A DNA stretch of 51,338 bases from Planctomycetaceae bacterium (GCA_041689695.1 JBDNFT010000660.1:1-51338), one strand, 5' to 3'. Counted from the stretch's first letter, positions 28,002-37,160 are shown. Program-made: numbers and translations. Notes: a model not told the origin generated them from the letters alone.

Positions 28002-29108
28002 TTACTTCGCGAACACCGCACATCGGCGACGATTCGTACAGAGGATATTATAGGTTAAATCAACAAACACCCTATAATAGTTGTGTTGATTCGGGGCTGG
28101 TGTCGGCCCCGTTTCACGAAGGTAGTCACCCTTCAAGCAGTACGGATAGAACACCGCGTGATCAACCTGGTAAATCGGATCTGTCGCAGCCGTGTACACG
28201 GTCGTGTCATCCAGTTGCGGGACATAAACCAGCGGGTTCTTTTTGAAAGTCAGGGTGCCGTCGGTATCCTGGACGCCACCATGGCTGTTACCGACGCCAG
28301 CGGTATACGGCGCAATGTCACGACCGAGATTCTCGTTCTGAGCTTCGCCCACATTTTCAAAGGCACTTGTCGTGACTTCGTTCATGTAGTAACGGCGATC
28401 GTTCGCGCGCGGAGTGCTCATGTCCCCCTTCGTTACGGGTGACTTGAAGTTTGTCGCGCGGAGTGCGGTTCGCATTTTCGGCAGGAGATCCTGCTTGTTT
28501 ACGGCCGCGTACTGTGCCGAGTAGTTTCGGAACTTCGGCGAATCAGTCAGGTTCAAGCCTGCGATTGTCGCGTGCATGACGCCGTCTGGTCCAGTCGGGT
28601 ATCCACCCGTGAAGCCAGTCGTCGCGTTAAACACAATCCAATACGGCAAGCCGTATGGATTCAATCGGTCAGACGAATTCGGAACCTGCCACGCCTTGGC
28701 CTCCAATTCTTCCGCCAAGTCGAGCATCGCGACGTGTCGGCGAGGCTTGACAGTGTCGTTGATCGTGGACTTGCCACGATTCATTAGGATGTCAGTCTGG
28801 TAGTGGTATGCCCACTTGGACTGAGCATGACGCCACGGAACCTGGATATCATCCATCAGGTCTGGAATATCCACGTCATCAATGTCCGTCATTCCCGTGT
28901 GCGACGCAGCGCCAGACAACCGGGTCAACAGATTTTTACGGATTGCGATCCCGTCACCGAAGACGATCTTGTCGTCTTTCAGCCAGTGACTCATCATTTC
29001 ATAATCGACGAGATTCTGGGCGATTTGCTCCCAGTTCATTCGATCCAAGTCCGGCAAAATGCTTTGGACCAAATCGGCTACGTCTTGTGGTGTGACAACT
29101 CCAGGCAT
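28002..29108 (-). CDS. major capsid protein (by position, size and the downstream terminator)
   Basis: 368 aa directly after the scaffold-like gene. A strong terminator follows. Confidence 0.6.
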   Translation of the reverse strand: MPGVVTPQDVADLVQSILPDLDRMNWEQIAQNLVDYEMMSHWLKDDKIVFGDGIAIRKNLLTRLSGAASHTGMTDIDDVDIPDLMDDIQVPWRHAQSKWAYHYQTDILMNRGKSTINDTVKPRRHVAMLDLAEELEAKAWQVPNSSDRLNPYGLPYWIVFNATTGFTGGYPTGPDGVMHATIAGLNLTDSPKFRNYSAQYAAVNKQDLLPKMRTALRATNFKSPVTKGDMSTPRANDRRYYMNEVTTSAFENVGEAQNENLGRDIAPYTAGVGNSHGGVQDTDGTLTFKKNPLVYVPQLDDTTVYTAATDPIYQVDHAVFYPYCLKGDYLRETGPTPAPNQHNYYRVFVDLTYNILCTNRRRCAVFAK

Positions 29109-29149
29109 GGTACTCTGTCTTTCTTTATGGTTTGTTTAGCCAGCAAAAC

Positions 29150-30163
29150 CTACGAGTGACTTTTCCAGAATTCTTTTTCTTTAGCTGTTGCCGATGCCTG
29201 CCCTGTCAGGGCTTTGGTCCCTGAGGAACGAGGTCTCGACAACGCTTGTGAACCAGCCTTCTTGATGTCGCTTGTAAGCTCTTTGCGGGCGAATGTTTTG
29301 GTTTGTTTCCAGAAAGAGGCTTGAACGGCCTCTTGAATAAGTTCATCTTCGGACGGCATGGGCTTACCTCCGGACTGATAGCCGTTCATCAGAACCTCCA
29401 TCTTTTGAAAGACTTGGTCCCGATTAGCGACAGCTTCCGGCGATGTCTTCATCAGATCTCCGCGTCGGCCATTGCCAAGCAGTGACTTGAATTCTTCGCC
29501 GAGTTTGTTGATCGAATCGTCAAACCGCTCACAGTGCGCTGCCCACGCACGGTCTCGATCGGCTTGGAAAACCTGCTTGACCATTGCTTCTGCTCTGGTA
29601 GCACGTTGCCACATTTTCTCCTGCAATCCGACGACATCTGGGTCGTGCCCCAGCTCAATCATCTCTGCCCAATCTGGTTCAACCTCAACTTCTTCAGCTG
29701 GAGTTTGATCATCTTTGGCGGGAGACTCTTTGCTTGACTGTCGTGCCTGCAGTCGCTGTTGTAGCTTCTCGACTCGCGCGACTTCCTTTTCCAGTGATTT
29801 CTCGCTGGTGAAGCCCTTGATCTCACCGAGTGTGTAACCAAGCTCAGTAGCTCGATCCAACAGTTCATCGCTGATGATATTCTCAGCGGATTCAACAGTT
29901 GACTGGGTTTCAGTCTCCTCTTCAGTTTCAACACTTTCAGTGTCTTCGCTGGCATCGTCTGACGTCTCGGACGGAGTTTTCTTTGTTTCGTTTTCGGCTT
30001 TCAGTGCCGAAAGATCATCGATTTCTGATGAAGGGCTGGAATCATAACCGGGATCAACAGCGGAATACTCGCTGGTGGAAACAGGCGTAGACTCGCTGCT
30101 GGAAACGCTTTCAGAAGCGACATCAGAAGCGACATCAGAATTGCCTTCGGTTTCCAGACTCAT
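29150..30163 (-). CDS. scaffolding protein
   Basis: Acidic S/E/T-rich N-terminus and helical/coiled-coil remainder, located between portal and capsid. The ATG at 30163 (second codon of the track ORF) has an AAGGG SD. Confidence 0.55.
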   Translation of the reverse strand: MSLETEGNSDVASDVASESVSSSESTPVSTSEYSAVDPGYDSSPSSEIDDLSALKAENETKKTPSETSDDASEDTESVETEEETETQSTVESAENIISDELLDRATELGYTLGEIKGFTSEKSLEKEVARVEKLQQRLQARQSSKESPAKDDQTPAEEVEVEPDWAEMIELGHDPDVVGLQEKMWQRATRAEAMVKQVFQADRDRAWAAHCERFDDSINKLGEEFKSLLGNGRRGDLMKTSPEAVANRDQVFQKMEVLMNGYQSGGKPMPSEDELIQEAVQASFWKQTKTFARKELTSDIKKAGSQALSRPRSSGTKALTGQASATAKEKEFWKSHS

Positions 30164-30176
30164 CAATCAGACCCTT

Positions 30177-30216
30177 AAAAGAAAATGGGAGCGCGAGTTT
30201 TTCAACTCGGCTCCCA
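30177..30216 (-). terminator. strong hairpin plus T-tract immediately upstream of the scaffold gene
   Basis: Minus strand reads TGGGAGCcGAGTTgaaaAACTCgcGCTCCCA followed by TTTTCTTTTAA. Confidence 0.55.
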
Positions 30217-30339
30217 CAGAGGGCCGTGATGTTCTGTGGACATCTTCTGCGAGGAGTGGTAGCTATTCCACTGATCTCGCTATGTCCGTCTGCCTGTTAC
30301 CGAGCTAATCAGCCCGGCTCCCGTTGTATTATTTACGAA

Positions 30340-30368
30340 ACATTATGAAGAAAAAGAAAACCTGTCAA
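30340..30368 (-). promoter_or_regulatory. sigma70-like promoter inside the late operon
   Basis: Minus strand has TTGACA (30368-30363), a 17-nt spacer and TAATGT. Alternatively CATAAT with a 15-nt spacer. Confidence 0.4.
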
Positions 30369-30377
30369 GCGATTTGA

Positions 30378-30698
30378 TTATCCGCCAAGTGCTGAAATCG
30401 CCTGTGACCGTTGTTCGGGCGTTGAGTCAGCCCAAAATTTCCGCAATCCCTTAAATCCATCTTCCGACTGAACGACATCAAATGCCTGCTGAATGTATGA
30501 CAGGTGAGCGTCTGTCATAATGCCTGCAAGACAAATCTCGTACGACTCTTTTAATTCACGCTTCGTTGATTCAGGAAGCATGGGTTTATTAGATTCTTTT
30601 CTGCGAATGTTCTCTTTGCTGACGATGTATTCCATCGCCCTGATGTCATCCTTGTCGGGTGCCTGAGACACGTTTATTGATAAGATTACTGTGGTCAT
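30378..30698 (-). CDS. hypothetical protein
   Basis: 106-aa ORF in operon context. Confidence 0.5.
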   Translation of the reverse strand: MTTVILSINVSQAPDKDDIRAMEYIVSKENIRRKESNKPMLPESTKRELKESYEICLAGIMTDAHLSYIQQAFDVVQSEDGFKGLRKFWADSTPEQRSQAISALGG

Positions 30699-30738
30699 TT
30701 TCGCTCTTCATTTATCAAATTTGTGACTAAAGATTTGG

Positions 30739-31143
30739 TTACCGATACTTTCGGCAACTTGCAGTCCTTATTTTTGGTTGGGGGTCTGAATACCCGCCCT
30801 GCCTGTCAAACATGCCAAGCGTTTCGAGAACCTTCTTTCTCTGCCCCTTGGATTCGAAGATAATGTCTCCGTCCTTTGTGTGATTCACCTGGCCACAACC
30901 CTGCGATCTCAGGTGATCCATGTGCTCTTTGATTTGTCCCGGATGAACACCGGCCGCAGAAGAGACCATTGGGTAGTTAGAAGGAACCGTCGAGATTGAC
31001 GACATTCCTCCCCAATAAGTCTTGGCCGTGCGACCGTCGGAAAGTTTGATCTGGCCGTTCTTCACGCGGCGATCGTGATCTTTGAACGACATGGATAAAT
31101 CAACCAATTCGCCATCATCAGTTTTGAATTCGTATACCGGCAT
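30739..31143 (-). CDS. hypothetical protein (N-terminus resembles FmdB-type MPxYEF but lacks the cysteines)
   Basis: Starts MPVYEFKTDDGELV. Located directly after the portal gene. Confidence 0.5.
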   Translation of the reverse strand: MPVYEFKTDDGELVDLSMSFKDHDRRVKNGQIKLSDGRTAKTYWGGMSSISTVPSNYPMVSSAAGVHPGQIKEHMDHLRSQGCGQVNHTKDGDIIFESKGQRKKVLETLGMFDRQGGYSDPQPKIRTASCRKYR

Positions 31144-31163
31144 GAAATCTTCCTTTAAGTCAA

Positions 31164-32912
31164 CTAGGATTCCTGGCCGCCACCTGCGAGGGCCATCATT
31201 TCGCGCTGCTGGTCCATTCCACGATCTGTCATGCCTCGACTAACGTTTTCTCGCGTGTAGTTTCCGTTTGGTTTGCCAGGTTTCGGAGCTTGGCCACCGC
31301 CACCGAACTTCTCTTGCGGTGGCAATGCTTCCTGTATCATTGGAACTATCTGGGTGAGCTCAGGAAGATCGTAATACTTCGCTAGTTTTGACAAATATAC
31401 GTAAACGTCTGGCTGAATGCCAAGTTGAATTGATGGCATAATATCCTCTCGCCAAATCGCCCGCAGAAGCTCAGCGCGTTGACCTGGAGAGACGGACGTC
31501 ATTGAGTATGGCTCAATCGAGATTGCATACTGTTCGTAATCGCCGGTACGGACATCCATTTCTTGTCCGAATCCATTATCACGGCGAGGCCACTTGATTG
31601 GCAGCTTCATGTCCGTGCCTGGTATTTCCCGCGTCAGGTCAAATTCCTGCGTCGGATGATGATGCAGGTAGAACGCGACGTCTTCAAGGACCGCCTCGGT
31701 TGCAGACAGCAAAACCCCTTGCATTGATTCAATACGCACGTTCGCTGCCTGCTTAATCATCTGCTCCTGCCCCAACGTGGAGGCAGACGCCCCGAGCCCC
31801 ATTTGTTGCGAAAGGTTGCCCATCATAAAATCAGCCATCGACTTCACGTTCAGAGCGAATCCCAGCGTCTGCTGATTGACACCCCCGAAGCTGGCTTCCC
31901 TGAATGCGTTCGGATTGCCAACCGCGATCACATCGCCGTCACTCGTCTTGATGATGGACTGGCCGTCAGTGACTCCCTGTAAGTCAGTGATGCCGATTGT
32001 CTTCTGCCGGGATGCCTGCTCACCGAGTTTCGTGTAGAGCTTGTTTTCAAGGTCATCCAATGCGATCCAGTTGGCGATGGGCGAAAGCGGCATGATGTTG
32101 TTGAGAACAGGATTGAATCCGAACATGTGATACGGACCATGCTTTGGACCCTCCCATTTAACGGTCTTTAATGGTCTGTCGCCGCCATCGACCGAGAAGG
32201 TTACAATCTCGTTCTCTTCAGGCACGAAGATCTGCCAGATCTCGCACATTTCAGTAAATGAATCGGTGTTCGCATTGCCGTCAGGCTTTGAGATGTTGGA
32301 CATCCCGTCACGGCCGGCACTCATCTTTTCGATAGCCGTCAGTTGTCCTCTCGCCTCCTTATTGAACGTGAGATCTTTCTTTGCTTCAGCGAGCGACATT
32401 CGATACTTGTGCCCCCAGAACGAGACCTGACGGCGATCCCATTTCGTGGCGGTTGTGTCGAACACGAAGTCGTCGAACATGATCGCTTCGCAGAACACCT
32501 CTGTGATCGGCAATATCTCGCCGTCGATTTCCGGCGAGTCTATAATGTCGAGACCGACTTCCATGATGCCAACAAGAAAAATGGCAGACAGAACCCATAG
32601 TCGGTGTTCAGCCTCAAACTTCATGTTCTTGAGCGCCTGGTTCATTGCGAGCTCCAGCTCAATGGCTGAAGACTGAAGTTCCGGCCGGTGCGTGAAACAC
32701 AACACCTGCGGGTTTCTCGAAGAGAGCTGCTGTAGCAATGACTCGACCGACAATTGCAGCATGTTGATTGGGCGATCGTCGCCATTCTGCTGGCCGTAGT
32801 GCGGGCCGGTGTATGCTTTCATGGCTTCTGCCAGTTCATCCCTGAACGGCTTCAGTTGTTTCAGGTTTGGCTCAATGGCGTTTTTAAGGGCCATGAAACG
32901 TTTATGGTCCAT
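31164..32912 (-). CDS. portal protein
   Basis: 582 aa immediately downstream of the large terminase with a 3-nt gap. Size and position are typical. Confidence 0.7.
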   Translation of the reverse strand: MDHKRFMALKNAIEPNLKQLKPFRDELAEAMKAYTGPHYGQQNGDDRPINMLQLSVESLLQQLSSRNPQVLCFTHRPELQSSAIELELAMNQALKNMKFEAEHRLWVLSAIFLVGIMEVGLDIIDSPEIDGEILPITEVFCEAIMFDDFVFDTTATKWDRRQVSFWGHKYRMSLAEAKKDLTFNKEARGQLTAIEKMSAGRDGMSNISKPDGNANTDSFTEMCEIWQIFVPEENEIVTFSVDGGDRPLKTVKWEGPKHGPYHMFGFNPVLNNIMPLSPIANWIALDDLENKLYTKLGEQASRQKTIGITDLQGVTDGQSIIKTSDGDVIAVGNPNAFREASFGGVNQQTLGFALNVKSMADFMMGNLSQQMGLGASASTLGQEQMIKQAANVRIESMQGVLLSATEAVLEDVAFYLHHHPTQEFDLTREIPGTDMKLPIKWPRRDNGFGQEMDVRTGDYEQYAISIEPYSMTSVSPGQRAELLRAIWREDIMPSIQLGIQPDVYVYLSKLAKYYDLPELTQIVPMIQEALPPQEKFGGGGQAPKPGKPNGNYTRENVSRGMTDRGMDQQREMMALAGGGQES

Positions 32913-32915
32913 TTG

Positions 32916-34931
32916 TCACTCCGGTTTCCAGTAAGACTTCTGACCGATCTTCTTCATCGACTTCTCATACTGCTCGCGTCGCCACTGGAATGACCCGTGC
33001 GGAGCTTCGTTTTTCACATCAGATTCCCGCTTCACCTGATAGCCGTCGATGCCCAGTACAGAACAACCCAATGCAATTGCCGCATCGCCGTGCGCCAGGC
33101 CCATTCCAGCGCCGTCGTCAGTCACTTCTGCAGCCGAGTGAACCAACCTGCCGTTCTTCATAAAATAGCGGCCGCACTCCTTTAGGGCCAATAATGAGTT
33201 CAGTTGAACTCGCTTATCCCGGACTGCTGATTCCATGTTTTTCAACAACGCAAGCCCTCTGTCGTTATTGACGTAGCCGATTTTCTCAGTCACCTGTCGA
33301 TACGCGATTCTCGCTTTTAACTCGTGGTAGACATTCCCGTATCTCAAATCCTTCACGACTTTATTGATGAACAATTGGCCCAGGGGGCCGTTTACTTCCG
33401 GCACAAGATACCCGTTCCAGAACCATTTACAAACCCAGACTGCCAACTCGCCAAATTGAATTGGATCAAGGCGATTCGACCGCCACTCGAAAACATGATC
33501 TCCGGAATTTCTCTCAATGACCTCCAGAACTGAGTAACTCGACCATCCCCCGCCCGTGCCTGCTGCCACGTCGGCTCCAATCGAATACTCGCCTTTTGGT
33601 GGCCTTCCATCTACCAGCAAACACCACAACGACGTCAGTCCGCCAAGCATCAGGCTTTCGAACATCCACTCATTCTGCTTCGATGGATTCCTAACGATAT
33701 CCCCTTGCATTAACGGCGGCTTCGTCTTCTCCATCGCACTTGCCAGAAGCTGCGGATTGAAGATCTGCGCAGTCGCTCCCCCGAAGTTTCTGTCGAGTTC
33801 TGCGGCGATAGATTGCGGCGTTGAGCCAGGACGCATCCAGACGTGGTCGTAATAGAGCGAGCGTATCCTATCATCGACAATAAACGGGTAGTTCTGACCG
33901 GGTTTATTTGGATGTTTGTATGTCCCGTCGTTGTTTGAAAACTTGCTCCAGAATTCAACATCGTCAATCGCAAGATGGTACGTGTCAGTACCTAACTTCG
34001 TCTTTCCGTGGTAAAGCCCCCGGCGCTTGTCTTCGTCGTCTTTCCAGTCCACGACAACCCGGACCCCGTTGCGGCTGTCGTCTGTCATCACGTCATAGAA
34101 CGCCCCTGCCATACCGCGATCGCGGTTCGCCGTTGAGACAAACACGCGGCATGGCGTAACGTGGACTGTCGAGTCCATGGCCGCGTAATCTTCGCCATGC
34201 TCGAAGAAGTGAAACTCATCCATTAACAGATACGCTTTGCGGCCTCCACGCGCGATGTCTCCCTTCGCCGCATACGCCGTTATGGACGATCCGTTTCTAA
34301 TGTTTTTCAAAGTGTTCTTCGAAATGTTCCGTTCGTAGTCTGCCGGTGAAAATAACCAAAACGGTAATCTCCTCAACAGGAACTCTAATTTGGAAAACAA
34401 CGCATCCGGGTCGTCAGGGTTGTTCGCCGACAACAAATCCTTCGAGACGAACCCGATGTGCGTCTGATCGTGAAAGATGAAATCCCACGACGTAAGCGCC
34501 CCCGCGATAATCCATGAGATTCCTGTCTCGCGTGATTTCGGAATGATAATGTCGTTCCGGCCCAGGTGTTCAACGCATTTCAGGATCAGGTCATCCTGAT
34601 ACTTGCGTGTGATGAACGGAATGATTTTGTTTGAGCCGTAACGATTGTTCGTGTTCCATTCCTGACGCTCTCGCGTCTCCATCAAATAGCAGAACGTGTT
34701 GATGAAGAACAAAGGATCGCGGGCACACAGCATCCAGATTTCGCGAGCGTTTTCCTGGCTATCGTATCCAAGCTCCAGTAGCAATTTCCTGAATCGCATG
34801 TTCAGGACCGTGTTCTTCGGCGTCAGGGTGCTGTACACAGCGACATCCCGATCAGGGACGCCGATTAACCTTAGTGTTTCACAAGTTGACCTAACGCTGT
34901 CTGCCATGGTGTTATGCCACAGATCTTTCAA
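32916..34931 (-). CDS. terL: terminase large subunit
   Basis: ATPase-like PKSRETGISW (Walker A region) and YLLMDEFHFF (Walker B). C-terminal nuclease-like GADVAAGTGGG. TTG start in the track, alternative ATG at 34907. Confidence 0.85.
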   Translation of the reverse strand: MKDLWHNTMADSVRSTCETLRLIGVPDRDVAVYSTLTPKNTVLNMRFRKLLLELGYDSQENAREIWMLCARDPLFFINTFCYLMETRERQEWNTNNRYGSNKIIPFITRKYQDDLILKCVEHLGRNDIIIPKSRETGISWIIAGALTSWDFIFHDQTHIGFVSKDLLSANNPDDPDALFSKLEFLLRRLPFWLFSPADYERNISKNTLKNIRNGSSITAYAAKGDIARGGRKAYLLMDEFHFFEHGEDYAAMDSTVHVTPCRVFVSTANRDRGMAGAFYDVMTDDSRNGVRVVVDWKDDEDKRRGLYHGKTKLGTDTYHLAIDDVEFWSKFSNNDGTYKHPNKPGQNYPFIVDDRIRSLYYDHVWMRPGSTPQSIAAELDRNFGGATAQIFNPQLLASAMEKTKPPLMQGDIVRNPSKQNEWMFESLMLGGLTSLWCLLVDGRPPKGEYSIGADVAAGTGGGWSSYSVLEVIERNSGDHVFEWRSNRLDPIQFGELAVWVCKWFWNGYLVPEVNGPLGQLFINKVVKDLRYGNVYHELKARIAYRQVTEKIGYVNNDRGLALLKNMESAVRDKRVQLNSLLALKECGRYFMKNGRLVHSAAEVTDDGAGMGLAHGDAAIALGCSVLGIDGYQVKRESDVKNEAPHGSFQWRREQYEKSMKKIGQKSYWKPE

Positions 34932-34957
34932 GTTTCAGTTACTTTATCCCGAGTGCG

Positions 34958-35179
34958 TTATTTTAACCCACTGTTCAGCAACGCTGTGAGCCTTTCCAAT
35001 CTGGAAAACAATGCCTCTGTTGGACTCTTCCTTGTTTTATAGCAGGCAATGTACTGGTCTTTTGCCTTCACTAATTCGCGGAGCTGATCCCGCTCGAACG
35101 CGAGCCCTCTCGCCACTTCTCCGCCAAACTTAACGAGTTCCGCAATTTCAATTTCACTGGGTATCACCGGTAATGCCAT
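34958..35179 (-). CDS. small helical protein (hypothetical)
   Basis: 73 aa, between the first late gene and terL. Confidence 0.45.
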   Translation of the reverse strand: MALPVIPSEIEIAELVKFGGEVARGLAFERDQLRELVKAKDQYIACYKTRKSPTEALFSRLERLTALLNSGLK

Positions 35180-35197
35180 AGTTGCTTTGTCCCGACT

Positions 35198-35884
35198 TCA
35201 AATCGTATGCGTGCCTTCCACTCCACGGGCCTCGCGAAGTTTTGTACGCTCAGTCAACCACATCAACGCCTCTTGCACTGATGCCAACGCAAGATTGCTC
35301 TCAGCGCAAGCAAACGGGCCAGACTGGAAGTCAGCTAGTCGATCTTCAACTATCGCCAGCAGTGCTTCGATGCTGATTCCATTCACTTCTCCAGCCTCCA
35401 GAATTGCCCCTTTCTGGAATTTGATATCCACTGCGTCACATGCCGGTCCGTTGTGCGAATGCTCGATGCGGTAATGATGGCAAGCATTTCCAACACCGGG
35501 CTCATCCACAACAAGGATCGTCAACGCTTTGTTCAGCACGTTGGTTCCGTGCTTGGTAATTTCTCTCAATTTACGCCCTTCTACAAGTGGCAATTCATCC
35601 ACCACAGACTCATTGATGACTGAATCGTAACTCGCCTCGAAAATATGTGGCTTGCATGGGTAAAACTCACCCTTGACGCCCTTGATAATCCAATCACGGC
35701 ATTCCGCACGCATTGTGCCTTCCAGGGTCTCAATGAAAAGATCGGTGCCGTTGTGGCTTGCGGTATGCCCGTTGTACGTAATCCATCCAACAAGGCTATC
35801 TAAATGCGATCCATCATCGTTGTTTGTAATGAATTGCCTCGCCTCAATCTCTACTGGTTTCTTACGAAATATCGCCATTTTCAA
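35198..35884 (-). CDS. two-domain phage protein (N-terminal PGDYG-like beta-barrel domain plus a conserved C-terminal phage domain)
   Basis: FRKKPVEIEARQF ... RDWIIKGVKGEFYPCKPHIFEASY at the N-terminus. C-terminal FQKGAILEAGEVNGISIEALLAIVEDRLADFQSGPF...REARGVEGT. GGAG SD upstream. Confidence 0.65.
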   Translation of the reverse strand: MKMAIFRKKPVEIEARQFITNNDDGSHLDSLVGWITYNGHTASHNGTDLFIETLEGTMRAECRDWIIKGVKGEFYPCKPHIFEASYDSVINESVVDELPLVEGRKLREITKHGTNVLNKALTILVVDEPGVGNACHHYRIEHSHNGPACDAVDIKFQKGAILEAGEVNGISIEALLAIVEDRLADFQSGPFACAESNLALASVQEALMWLTERTKLREARGVEGTHTI

Positions 35885-35904
35885 ATCTCCAAAAGCCGCA
35901 TTGT

Positions 35905-35937
35905 AAAAAAAACGAACCGAAACGGCTACCTCGGTTC
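35905..35937 (-). terminator. intrinsic terminator about 20 nt upstream of the first late gene
   Basis: Minus strand reads GAACCGAggtagccgttTCGGTTC followed by G and T8. Confidence 0.5.
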
Positions 35938-36027
35938 ATTTTACGTCGCGTACGACTGGAAGGATGCTCTTCGCAAACACGCCGACAAAGTTTCCCAACG
36001 GACACGAAACCGGATCGAAACGTTTCT

Positions 36028-36087
36028 AAGTCTTCAATAAGTCTTCAGAACTTCTGCAATAAGTCTTCAAAAAGTCTAAAGTCTTCA
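36028..36087. repeat. array of AAGTCTTCA direct repeats with 11-nt phasing
   Basis: Full copies at 36028, 36039, 36061 and 36079. Partial or degenerate copies at 36050 and 36072. Confidence 0.8.
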
Positions 36088-36089
36088 AA

Positions 36090-36117
36090 GCCCGCAACAG
36101 CTTGTTGCGGGCTTTTT
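36090..36117 (+). terminator. plus-strand intrinsic terminator
   Basis: GCCCGCAACAgctTGTTGCGGGC followed by TTTTT. The minus-strand T-tract is weak. Confidence 0.6.
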
Positions 36118-36190
36118 GCGTGCCGCTAATGTCCAGCAATCGAACACTGAATTGACCGTGTTCGCAATTCACCTTTGCAGGACCGAATCA

Positions 36191-36415
36191 ATGCGACAAA
36201 AACAGGCTACGGCGGACACACACCAGCCGATCGACGACGGCAAAACCTATACGATGCCTGCATTCATGGCGGCGACTGGCTGGGGGCGTCATGCACTCAA
36301 ACACGCACGACAGCAGGGGTTGAGAGTCGTCAAAGTCTCTGGCCGGTGTTTTGTGCGTGGGAAGGACTTTTCTGAGTTCCTCGGCAAGCTGGCTGACAGC
36401 GAGGTGAACTCATGA
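36191..36415 (+). CDS. excisionase/MerR-like HTH DNA-binding protein
   Basis: TYTMPAFMAATGWGRHALKHARQQGLRVVKVSGRCFVRGKDFSEFL matches the Xis-family pattern. The internal ATG at 36191 is preferred over the track start at 36116. Confidence 0.6.
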   Translation: MRQKQATADTHQPIDDGKTYTMPAFMAATGWGRHALKHARQQGLRVVKVSGRCFVRGKDFSEFLGKLADSEVNS

Positions 36416-36615
36416 GCGGTTATCTCGACGGCGACACTGGCGCCCAATGCCACCAGGCACTACGTGACGGCAGGACACTCGAAGACGTCGCAAGCCGTCT
36501 GCACATGGACACAGAGTATCTCGGGCGGCTGTTGCAACTGCCGACGGCACCGACAGCCAGCGACGATCCGGACGGCGATTTGTGGGCAACCGATAGATTG
36601 GACGGGGTGTTATGA
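36412..36615 (+). CDS. small HTH protein (hypothetical regulator)
   Basis: ATGA overlap with the upstream gene. HTH-like RTLEDVASRLHMDTEYLGRLL. Confidence 0.5.
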   Translation: MSGYLDGDTGAQCHQALRDGRTLEDVASRLHMDTEYLGRLLQLPTAPTASDDPDGDLWATDRLDGVL

Positions 36616-36956
36616 GCAACACGCCAGCAACTCTAAAACTCGAAGACCTCGCTATCGAACCCCTCAGCGAACTCTGCAAAGTAGCCTACGAAGAAACAGC
36701 GTGGGCGCTCGAAAGCACGCTCAAGAAGGCTATCAATTTTGGGCGACTGCTTTGCATTGCAAAAGCAAAGATACCGCATGGTGGATGGTCAGTATGGTCA
36801 GTGTACTGCCTTACCGCAAAACGGACAGAACGAGCACAGCACCGCCGGGATCTTCACACTCCCTTTTTTACCCAATTTCTGAACCTCGACGCACGGCCCA
36901 GACATGGTGCTTTTACCAGTCAGGAAATTGATTTGTATGTGCTGCGTCAACTTTAA
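36612..36956 (+). CDS. DUF3102-like protein (3' extent uncertain)
   Basis: ATGA overlap with the upstream gene. FGRLLCIAKAKIPHGGWSVW resembles the DUF3102 core HGxWxxW. The last ~160 nt overlap a convergent Zn-ribbon ORF. Confidence 0.35.
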   Translation: MSNTPATLKLEDLAIEPLSELCKVAYEETAWALESTLKKAINFGRLLCIAKAKIPHGGWSVWSVYCLTAKRTERAQHRRDLHTPFFTQFLNLDARPRHGAFTSQEIDLYVLRQL

Positions 36957-37052
36957 TCCACTCGGAAGCAGTTTTTTATTTACTTGTTCAACGCATTTAC
37001 ACCCTGTCGATTTCTTCGCCACATTCAGCCTCCTGAGCAACACTCGGCGCAA
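36798..37052 (-). CDS. small 4-Cys zinc-ribbon protein
   Basis: CKC...(59 aa)...CPFCG arrangement, recalled from small phage and plasmid proteins. Overlaps the 3' end of the plus-strand ORF. Confidence 0.5.
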   Translation of the reverse strand: MRRVLLRRLNVAKKSTGCKCVEQVNKKLLPSGLKLTQHIQINFLTGKSTMSGPCVEVQKLGKKGSVKIPAVLCSFCPFCGKAVH

Positions 37053-37160
37053 TCATCTTTTGCCACCAACCGCCCATGTGTTCAACATCTCGTAAACAAG
37101 TCCACCCGAGCTGACCTTGCGTGGCGAAATACTTTCCATTGGTCCGTAAATGGAACACAC

